Source of the DNA: Acholeplasmataceae bacterium UBA5769
GTDB lineage: Bacteria; Bacillota_I; Bacilli_A; Acholeplasmatales; Acholeplasmataceae
Direction: 5' to 3'
Length of the DNA stretch: 64,000 nucleotides
Assembly: GCA_002418725.1 (NCBI GenBank)
Contig: DIER01000011.1
Coordinates: forward strand, 19,344 to 83,343
Position 1 is the first letter of the stretch, and each line of letters begins with the position of its first letter. This document shows positions 9,195 through 16,857 of the stretch, piece after piece. The notes under the pieces are model-generated. The model saw only the letters and a list, made by a program, of their open reading frames with translations. It had not been told where the DNA came from and ran no database searches. The translations under genes were made by a program, and so were the position numbers.

Positions 9195-11042
9195 ATGAAA
9201 AAACTTATCATTCTTTTTACGCTGCTTCTTACTAGCTTTACTTTGATCGCTTGCAAGGATCAAATCGATACAGAAGATGTCACACCAACGTATCCAGATC
9301 ATCTTTTAACGATTGAAGAAAAGGTTAATTGGTGGCTTGAAAACTTGACTTTGGCTGAAAAAGCAGGACAAATGATCCAAGCTGAACGTACCACCAACAA
9401 TGGTATCACTGGTGCTACTGCGATACAAACCACAAATTACAACTTGGGGTCCATTTTAAATGGCGGTGGAAACGTACCACCTGTGAACACCGTAAGTGGT
9501 TGGAAAACGATGGCGAATACGTATCGTCAAGCCAGCTTAAAGTCATCATCAGGTATTCCAATCATCTATGGCATTGATGCCGTGCATGGACATAACAATT
9601 TAAAAAATGCCACCATCTTTCCACTCAACATTGGGCTTGCAGCTGCAAACAACAAAGAACTCATGAGAGCCATTGGTGAAGCAACAGCATATGAAGTGAG
9701 TCAAACAGGCATGAACATGAATTTTAGCCCGTCGATCGGTTTGATTAAAGACAAAAGATGGGGGAGAACCTATGAAACGTTTGGTGAGAACCCTGAAGTC
9801 GTTTTGGAACTGATTGGACCTTATATCGAAGGGCTACAACGTTTTGGTGTGATTGCTACTGCAAAACACTTTATCGCAGATGGCTATACGATATATGGCA
9901 CAGGCATGGATGGCGGTCTTGACCGCGGCAATGTCGAGATGAGCGAAGAAGAGTTAATTAACATTCATCTTCCTCTTTATCAAGAAGCCATCGACGCAGG
10001 TGTGAAGAGCATTATGATTTCTTATTCAAGTTTAAATGGCATTCGGATGCATGAACATAAAACCATGATCACCGATGTTTTAAAAGGTGATCTTGGGTTT
10101 CAAGGTTTTGTTATCTCGGATTATCAAGCAACAAACGACGTGACCGGAGCGACTTTTAAAGATAAAATTATCACAACCGTAAACGCAGGTATCGACATGT
10201 TGATGGAACCTCACCAGTTTAGAGAAGCACATCAAGCGATCTTAGCTGGTGTGAATGAAGGTAGAATCACGATGGCACGGATCGATGATGCAGTTTCAAG
10301 AATTTTAACTGTGAAGTATGAGATGGGTCTTTTTGAAGAACCCGAAAACATACCAGCTGATCTTCGAAATATTGAAAACTTAAATCTTGCGCGACAAGCG
10401 GTTCGAGAGTCGTTAGTTTTACTTAAAAACAACAACGTTTTACCTTTTTCTAAAGATCAAAATCTCCTTGTTATCGGACCAGGTTCAAACAACATAGGCA
10501 TTCAATCAGGTGGCTGGACCATCACCTGGCAAGGTCAATCAGGAGATATCACCGAAGGGACAACCATTTTAGAAGCTTTTCAAGAGGTCTCACAAGGACA
10601 AATCTATACCTCGTTAAACGACTTGGATAAGGTTGATGCCGTGGTCTTAGTTTTAGCTGAGAAACCATCCGCAGAATGGTTTGGTGATTCCAATGATTTA
10701 GCCTTAGACGGTAAAACAGGTTATGTTGAAAACGTACAACTTCTCAACCAATTAAGATCAAGCGGAAAACCGGTAATCGCTATTTTAGTATCTGGAAAAC
10801 CTTTACTGATGACCGATTATATCGATGATCTTGATGGTTTTGTCATGGCATTTTTACCGGGCACAGAAGGTCTAGGTATCACCGATGTCCTCTATGGAGA
10901 TTATAACTTTACGGGTCGTCTACCGTACACATATCCTAAACTTTTGAGTCAGGTGACAGAGACCATGCTTGATGCTTCATATCACCCATCAGCCTATTTA
11001 TTTCCTTATGGCTATGGTCTATCTTATGGGGAGGTTACTTAA
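9195..11042 (+). CDS. GH3 beta-glucan exohydrolase / beta-glucosidase, lipoprotein
   Basis: Lipobox LIAC; DAVHGHNN, ATAKHF and the nucleophile region VISDY. Two-domain form without Fn3, like barley ExoI. Confidence 0.9.
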   Translation: MKKLIILFTLLLTSFTLIACKDQIDTEDVTPTYPDHLLTIEEKVNWWLENLTLAEKAGQMIQAERTTNNGITGATAIQTTNYNLGSILNGGGNVPPVNTVSGWKTMANTYRQASLKSSSGIPIIYGIDAVHGHNNLKNATIFPLNIGLAAANNKELMRAIGEATAYEVSQTGMNMNFSPSIGLIKDKRWGRTYETFGENPEVVLELIGPYIEGLQRFGVIATAKHFIADGYTIYGTGMDGGLDRGNVEMSEEELINIHLPLYQEAIDAGVKSIMISYSSLNGIRMHEHKTMITDVLKGDLGFQGFVISDYQATNDVTGATFKDKIITTVNAGIDMLMEPHQFREAHQAILAGVNEGRITMARIDDAVSRILTVKYEMGLFEEPENIPADLRNIENLNLARQAVRESLVLLKNNNVLPFSKDQNLLVIGPGSNNIGIQSGGWTITWQGQSGDITEGTTILEAFQEVSQGQIYTSLNDLDKVDAVVLVLAEKPSAEWFGDSNDLALDGKTGYVENVQLLNQLRSSGKPVIAILVSGKPLLMTDYIDDLDGFVMAFLPGTEGLGITDVLYGDYNFTGRLPYTYPKLLSQVTETMLDASYHPSAYLFPYGYGLSYGEVT

Positions 11043-12368
11043 ATGACATTTAAGATGTTAGAATCACGCTTATCTGAAGGTCTTTTTTGGCAAGCAGTAA
11101 ACAAGTTTAAAAGCGAACAGGTGAAACCACATGAATCATCAATATTGACCATCAATCCTCATCAAACCTACCAAACACACATAGGATTTGGTGGTGCTTT
11201 TACAGAATCAGCTGCATACACATGGTCAAAACTATCAAAAGATAAACAACAAGACATTATCAATCTGTATTTTTCTCAATCAGGTCTAGCATACACTATG
11301 GGAAGAACGCACATCAATTCCTGTGATTTTTCTTTAGAAAATTATGATTATGTAAAACCATTTGATAGTGAACTTAAATCTTTTGATATCTCAAGAGAAG
11401 AGGCCTATGTCATTCCCATGATCAAAGAGGCGATGAAGCATGTGCCAAACATCAAATTATTAGCCTCACCTTGGTCACCACCCTATTGGATGAAAACCAA
11501 CCAAAACATGAATCATGGTGGGAAATTATTACCTGAATACAAGCAAGTTTGGGCAAACTATTACGTGAAATACCTTGATGAAATGTTAAAAAGAGGCATT
11601 CCTTATTGGGCAATTTCGGTTCAAAATGAACCTGCAGCTGTGCAAACGTGGGATTCATGTATCTACAGTGCTGAAGAAGAAAGAGATTTCATCAAAGAAG
11701 CACTCGGTCCAACCATCAAAGCATACAACAAAGACATCCGTATCTTAGGTTGGGATCATAACCGAGATATTATCGTCCAAAGAGCAAAAACACTGCTGGA
11801 AGATGAAGTGTCCGCATCTTATACATGGGGGATTGCCAATCACTGGTATGTCAGTGAAGATTTTAAGCAGTTATCCATCGTGAAAGAGATGTTTCCAGAC
11901 ACACACCTTATCTTTACCGAAGGTTGTATCGAAGGTGGACCCAAACCAGGTGCATGGTTAACAGGACTTCGTTATGCCAGAAATATGATTGGTGACTTAT
12001 CTAATCATGTCGAGGGTTGGATTGAATGGAATTTAACACTGGATCTACAAGGTGGTCCCAATCATGTTGGAAATTTTTGTGATGCACCCATCTTAATAGA
12101 TACCGATCATAATAGGTATATCATCAATTCATCGTATTATGCGATTGGACATTTTTCTAAGTTCATTCGTGAAGGTGCGAAACGTATCCATGTCGAAGGT
12201 GATTATCCAAAAGGTGTATCCATGGTTGCTTACCAAAACAAAGATCAATCCATCGTTATGGTTTTATTAAATGAAAGTGATGAATTAAAAAAGGTAAACA
12301 TTGCCATCGTACATGAGATTATGGCAGTAGAACTTCATCCACATTCGCTTTTGACTCTTTTTGAGTAA
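11043..12368 (+). CDS. GH30 glycoside hydrolase (glucosylceramidase / beta-1,6-glucanase type), cytoplasmic
   Basis: GFGGAFTE, SCDFS, ASPWSPP, acid/base VQNEP and nucleophile FTEGC. Starts immediately after the GH3 stop (TAAATG). Confidence 0.88.
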   Translation: MTFKMLESRLSEGLFWQAVNKFKSEQVKPHESSILTINPHQTYQTHIGFGGAFTESAAYTWSKLSKDKQQDIINLYFSQSGLAYTMGRTHINSCDFSLENYDYVKPFDSELKSFDISREEAYVIPMIKEAMKHVPNIKLLASPWSPPYWMKTNQNMNHGGKLLPEYKQVWANYYVKYLDEMLKRGIPYWAISVQNEPAAVQTWDSCIYSAEEERDFIKEALGPTIKAYNKDIRILGWDHNRDIIVQRAKTLLEDEVSASYTWGIANHWYVSEDFKQLSIVKEMFPDTHLIFTEGCIEGGPKPGAWLTGLRYARNMIGDLSNHVEGWIEWNLTLDLQGGPNHVGNFCDAPILIDTDHNRYIINSSYYAIGHFSKFIREGAKRIHVEGDYPKGVSMVAYQNKDQSIVMVLLNESDELKKVNIAIVHEIMAVELHPHSLLTLFE

Positions 12369-12446
12369 TTCATAAAAAAAACAATATAGTGACATGAAAT
12401 GTCATGTGATTTGATACAATATATGTGGAATGGAAGTGGATAAAGC

Positions 12447-13466
12447 ATGGTAACTATTGATGAAATAGCTAAACTTTCAAAAGTTTCAGTATCAACCGTA
12501 TCCAAAGCACTGAATGGGTACACGGAAATCAGTCAAAAAACGCGCGATCGCATCATTGGTATCGCCGATGAACTGGGCTACATGCCGAATGCGACCGCAC
12601 AAAGTTTGGTTCGAAAGCGTTCGAATACCATCGGTGTTGTTTATGAAGTTGAATATGGTTTAAAAAATTTATTCTTCTCTGGCGTTTTAGAATCGTTTCG
12701 CAAAAATGTGGAATCCATCGGGTATGATATCTTATTGTTATCACACAATACGGAATCAGGACTAGACTATTTAAGACACTGTCAGTCCAAAAATGTGGAT
12801 GCTGTTTTAGTCGTTTCTGGTGGTGATAACCAAGAATCACTTGAAAAACTATACAAAAGCAACCTCGCTGTCCTCACCCTAGATCCACACGAAAAGAGTC
12901 CGAACTCCATTTTTTCTGACTCTTATACATCCATTAGAAGAAGTTGTAAGTATTTATACGACTTAGGGCATAAAAAAATTGCCTTTATCAATGGTTCATA
13001 CACGAACTATATTGGTCGTGAGCGTCTTAAGGCATACCTTGATTTCATGCGTGAGAAAGGTTTAGAGCCACTCTACCTTCCCGATAAGTCAAATGAATCC
13101 TATAGTTACGAAGAGGGTCATCACACGATGAAACTCCTGTTTGAAACATATGGATTACCCGAAGCCGTTTGTTCGGTTTCTGATTTGATGGCTGTCGGTG
13201 CGATGAACTATTTGAAAGCACATGGTTTTTCTGTCCCAGATGATGTTTCCATCATCGGTTTTGATGATCTACAAGTCTGTGAGATCGTATCACCTAAACT
13301 GACGACGGTTAGACAAAACTATGAAGCCTTTGGTGAACTTGCCTGTGATACCCTTAAAGGGATGATTGAAGGCAAAATGAGAAAGATTGACCCCATCATT
13401 GTAGATACGGAAATCATTGTCAGAGATTCATGTAAAAAAAGACGCTTGAAGGAAGTTAATGAATAA
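12447..13466 (+). CDS. LacI-family transcriptional regulator
   Basis: N-terminal HTH TIDEIAKLSKVSVSTVSKALN; YMPNATAQSL; C-terminal SIIGFDD and PKLTTVRQ. TGnTACAAT at 12412-12420 upstream. Confidence 0.92.
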   Translation: MVTIDEIAKLSKVSVSTVSKALNGYTEISQKTRDRIIGIADELGYMPNATAQSLVRKRSNTIGVVYEVEYGLKNLFFSGVLESFRKNVESIGYDILLLSHNTESGLDYLRHCQSKNVDAVLVVSGGDNQESLEKLYKSNLAVLTLDPHEKSPNSIFSDSYTSIRRSCKYLYDLGHKKIAFINGSYTNYIGRERLKAYLDFMREKGLEPLYLPDKSNESYSYEEGHHTMKLLFETYGLPEAVCSVSDLMAVGAMNYLKAHGFSVPDDVSIIGFDDLQVCEIVSPKLTTVRQNYEAFGELACDTLKGMIEGKMRKIDPIIVDTEIIVRDSCKKRRLKEVNE

Positions 13467-13477
13467 AAGAATACGCC

Positions 13478-13507
13478 TTGTTTTATGGTGAACACTTAAG
13501 ATATAAT
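13478..13507 (+). promoter_or_regulatory. Putative sigma70 promoter of the candidate sRNA
   Basis: TTGTTT (13478-83), 18 nt spacer, TATAAT (13502-07). Confidence 0.5.
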
Positions 13508-13512
13508 AACCT

Positions 13513-13627
13513 TATCGAGTTAGGCGGAAACATCATCACAACATACTTCCTTTCGAAGTCATTGTGGTTTCTTCTTCAACTCGATAGCCTTGGCTGCCAT
13601 ACCCCCCGCGCAGTCAAGGCGTTTTTT
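13513..13627 (+). ncRNA. Candidate ~115-nt structured small RNA (unknown family)
   Basis: Long rod hairpin 13513-13586 closed by a perfect 9-bp helix TATCGAGTT/AACTCGATA. It abuts an 11-bp terminator hairpin (13587-13620) with a C-rich loop and a T6 tract. Promoter-like element upstream; no plus-strand ORF. Confidence 0.55.
13587..13627 (+). terminator. Intrinsic terminator
   Basis: GCCTTGGCTGC / GCAGTCAAGGC stem followed by GTTTTTT. Confidence 0.8.
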
Positions 13628-13724
13628 ATAGTTGTTTTTTATAAATACATGATATAATTAAGATAATATTAAGCAGTCATTTTTAAGAAAACGAAGCGTG
13701 TTATTGAGTGTAGGAGGATATCTT

Positions 13725-14429
13725 ATGGGTCAAAAAATCTTAATTGTAGAAGATAATGTCTTGATTAGCCGTAGTATAGAATCAAAACTCAAGGAAGAAA
13801 TGTTCGAAGTCAAAGCTGTCTTTGATGGTGAAGAGGCGGTAAAGCAATTTGATATCATCAGCTATGATGCTGTCTTGCTTGACTTGATGTTGCCGAAAGT
13901 CAGTGGAGAAAATGTGCTAAAGCACATCCGCTCAAAAGGGGATGTACCTGTCATCATCATTTCAACCAAAGATACCGATGTTGAAAAAGCGATAAACCTT
14001 GGTCTTGGTGCTGATGATTACCTCGCGAAACCTTTTTCGATGCTTGAACTTATTGCACGTGTCAAGGCTGTGTTAAGAAGAGCACATAAAGTAAGTGAAA
14101 AAGAAACGAAACAACGTTTTACCATTGGCAATCTCGATGTGAACTTAAGCAGTTTTGAAGTGAAGAAACACGATGTTACTGTCGATTTAACACTCAAAGA
14201 GTTCGAAATATTAAAATTATTACTCACCCATCCCGATCAAACGTTTTCGAAACAACAAATGTATCGAACCGTTTGGGGCGAAGAATATTATTATAACGAT
14301 AACGTCATCAATGTCCATATCAGACGATTACGTGAAAAGATTGAAGATGATCCGTCCAATCCTAAGATTGTCATTACCATGTGGGGATTTGGCTATAAAC
14401 TAGGTGATTTTGCAAAACAGGAGTTATAG
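13725..14429 (+). CDS. OmpR/PhoB-family response regulator, no adjacent cognate kinase
   Basis: ILIVED, LLDLMLP, ADDYLAKPF and the wHTH NVHIRRLREKIE. RBS AGGAGG before ATG 13725. TGnTATAAT at 13650-58. Confidence 0.92.
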   Translation: MGQKILIVEDNVLISRSIESKLKEEMFEVKAVFDGEEAVKQFDIISYDAVLLDLMLPKVSGENVLKHIRSKGDVPVIIISTKDTDVEKAINLGLGADDYLAKPFSMLELIARVKAVLRRAHKVSEKETKQRFTIGNLDVNLSSFEVKKHDVTVDLTLKEFEILKLLLTHPDQTFSKQQMYRTVWGEEYYYNDNVINVHIRRLREKIEDDPSNPKIVITMWGFGYKLGDFAKQEL

Positions 14430-14491
14430 TCAAACAAAAAAGTGTCCATGTTCACACACATAAACCTTGGACTTTTATCTAATATCTATAT

Positions 14492-14524
14492 AAAAACTGC
14501 GTTTATAATAGATGCAGTTTTTTT
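14492..14524. terminator. Bidirectional terminator between convergent regulators
   Basis: AAAAACTGC...GCAGTTTTTTT inverted repeat with A and T tracts. Confidence 0.65.
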
Positions 14525-14693
14525 AAAGGTTTTTTATAAAAAAAGATCCAAACCCAAATAAAATTGAAATGTTTGGATTGGATCTCGAAAATAGGTTAAA
14601 AAAACGTACTTATGTCAAAAAAACGGAATCTCATCTTGAATAAATATAATCTAAATACTATCGATTATAACTTGATAAGAAGCACATGATTTA

Positions 14694-15380
14694 CTACTCA
14701 TCTTTAAAACGATAGCCTACACCAACCTCTGTTAAAATGTAACTACTATTCGTGTTCGTTTGGCCTAACTTTTTTCGGATACTTGCCATAAACACTCTGA
14801 GCGACTGATAATCATCAACCGTATGATAACCCCATATTTCTTCTTGGATAAAACGATGCGTTAATACTTTACCTTGATGCTTAACCAAAAGTTCGAGTAA
14901 TTTAAATTCGATGGGTGTTAAATGTATATCAGTACCATTAACGGAGACAAGATATTTATCAAAATCTATCGTTAAATTTTGATATGTAAACTCTTTTTCG
15001 GTTTGCATAGGGAGATTTCTAAGAGCTACTCTAATTCGAGCTAAAACTTCACCAATGTTGAAAGGCTTAGTAACATAATCGTTTGCACCCATATCAAGAG
15101 CACTGACTTTATCGAATTCTTTACCTCGTGCGGAAATGATAATGACTGGAACGAGTGATACTTTCTTTATGTTTTCTAAGACTTCAAAACCATCGATATC
15201 AGGTAAGCCTAAATCGAGAAGCACTAAATCAACATGCTGGTTAATGACCACTGATAATCCAATCGCACCTTCTTTAGCCTGCAACACGCGATACCCATTT
15301 GTCTTGAGTGCAAGAGATAAAAATCGCTGCAATACTTCATCATCTTCAATGAGTAAGATGGTATGTTCTTGGTTATTCAT
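14694..15380 (-). CDS. kdpE: KdpE-like response regulator
   Basis: LLIEDD, LLDLGLPDIDG, ANDYVTKPF and DYQSLRVFMASIRKKL. ATG 15380 with RBS AGGAGG overlaps the kinase stop. Confidence 0.85.
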   Translation of the reverse strand: MNNQEHTILLIEDDEVLQRFLSLALKTNGYRVLQAKEGAIGLSVVINQHVDLVLLDLGLPDIDGFEVLENIKKVSLVPVIIISARGKEFDKVSALDMGANDYVTKPFNIGEVLARIRVALRNLPMQTEKEFTYQNLTIDFDKYLVSVNGTDIHLTPIEFKLLELLVKHQGKVLTHRFIQEEIWGYHTVDDYQSLRVFMASIRKKLGQTNTNSSYILTEVGVGYRFKDE

Positions 15381-16857
15381 GTTCTTGGACACCTCCTGTT
15401 TTTGGAATCACTAAACGAAATGTTGCACCACCTATATCATTGTTTACGGCTTCAATTGAACCCATATGAGCATTCAAGATAGATTTGCAAATCGATAGAC
15501 CTAAGCCTATACCACGATGCATGTCACCGGAATGATGTTGAAATGTCTGATAATCATCGAAAATATGAGCAAGATGATCAGGTGGAATTCCTCCACCATT
15601 ATCAACCACCTCGATGATATAATCCTCATCATTTGAAGCAAAAGACAAGCAAATGATTGAATCGTTTTTTGTGTGTGCAATAGCATTATCAATGAGATTA
15701 ACGAGAACCTGAACAATCAATTGACCATCAACCTCTATATAGGCATCATCAACATTTTCGATAGTGAGTTGATGTTGACCCAAGCGATGTTGTGTTCTTT
15801 CTTTAGCTTCATTAAATATATCTCCAATGAGTTCTTGTTTGATATGCAACACTTGGTTTTTTGAACTTAATCTTGTCATATATAAAATGTTCTCAATAAA
15901 AACACTTAATTGGGCAGATTCATCATATAAATCTTTTATGATTGTTAACTTATTTTTATCATCAATTTGAAAGAAACTCTCTTCGAGAAAACTCAATCCT
16001 GTTTGGAGTGTTGTTAATGGAGTTCTTAAATCATGTGATATGCTTCTTAGTAACATGGTTTTAAAACGTTCTTTTTCAAATTCGAGTTTGGATATTTGCT
16101 CAATCTCACGGCTGTGTTCTTGGTCAAGTAAACCGCTGACTAGCAAGATCACTGTTTGAATAAATTCTTCATCTTCTTTAGAAAGATCACCAGAAAGACA
16201 ATCAATACATAATGCACCATAGAAACGTTCTTTAGATTGAATGATTAAGACTTTATAGCCTAACTCGCGATGTACAAGTTCATATGCACCACCATTTATT
16301 TGCTCCTTAATCATTTGTCTAACAATCTGTTTTTGATGTTCTTCGATGAGAGGATCTCCGAGCAATTGGTCATTAAGATCATAAAAACATAGATTTCGAT
16401 TTATATCACCCTTGATAGCATCTAGCATGATATAAATGGTTTCATCCCGATTTTTTGCATGATGTAGATCGTTCGATAAATGGTACAAAAGCTCAATTTT
16501 GAGAGCGTTTGTCTTTGCATAATTGATCTGATATTGTAATTTAGCTGTTTGAGAACCAATAATTACGATGGTAATCACAAAAATAACAAGCGTGATGATG
16601 TAATTCACATCATCAATCAAGAATGTGAATTTAGGTTCTGTAAAGAAGAAGTTAAAAATAAAGACGAGGAAAAATGTGGAAATCAACCCGTTTTGAGTGC
16701 TTTTCGTTTGAACGATAATTAATATAATTGAAGCAATATACACAAGAAGAATGTTTTCTTTTCTTAATTGCAACTGTTCAAAAGCAAAAGATAGAAGCGT
16801 TGATAGACTTAATACAATGAGTACAAAGATGAGTTGGTGTATCCAGCGTTTTTTCAA
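15373..16857 (-). CDS. kdpD: Short KdpD-like sensor histidine kinase (DUF4118-type TM, GAF-like, HisKA, HATPase)
   Basis: FNFFFTEPKFT TM motif, H-box SISHDLRTPL, N-box LVNLIDNA, DNGGGI and GLGLSICK. No N-terminal KdpD or Usp domain. Confidence 0.8.
   Translation of the reverse strand: MKKRWIHQLIFVLIVLSLSTLLSFAFEQLQLRKENILLVYIASIILIIVQTKSTQNGLISTFFLVFIFNFFFTEPKFTFLIDDVNYIITLVIFVITIVIIGSQTAKLQYQINYAKTNALKIELLYHLSNDLHHAKNRDETIYIMLDAIKGDINRNLCFYDLNDQLLGDPLIEEHQKQIVRQMIKEQINGGAYELVHRELGYKVLIIQSKERFYGALCIDCLSGDLSKEDEEFIQTVILLVSGLLDQEHSREIEQISKLEFEKERFKTMLLRSISHDLRTPLTTLQTGLSFLEESFFQIDDKNKLTIIKDLYDESAQLSVFIENILYMTRLSSKNQVLHIKQELIGDIFNEAKERTQHRLGQHQLTIENVDDAYIEVDGQLIVQVLVNLIDNAIAHTKNDSIICLSFASNDEDYIIEVVDNGGGIPPDHLAHIFDDYQTFQHHSGDMHRGIGLGLSICKSILNAHMGSIEAVNNDIGGATFRLVIPKTGGVQEHE

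Noticed and set aside
12389-12406. TGACAT-GAA-ATGTCA inverted repeat upstream of lacI as a LacI operator or terminator
   Set aside because: It lacks the central CG of LacI-type operators and has no U-tract.
13483-13539. Minus-strand 18-codon ORF (GTG MMFPPNSIRLLYLKCSP) behind AAGGAAG, antisense to the sRNA candidate, suggesting a type I toxin-antitoxin pair
   Set aside because: The peptide is not a hydrophobic TM toxin and no convincing minus-strand promoter or terminator was seen. Not fully excluded without expression data.
13513-13627. Possible identity as SRP RNA, 6S RNA or a known riboswitch
   Set aside because: No SRP domain IV CAGG/AGCAG motif, too short and no central bubble for 6S, and no known aptamer consensus recognised.
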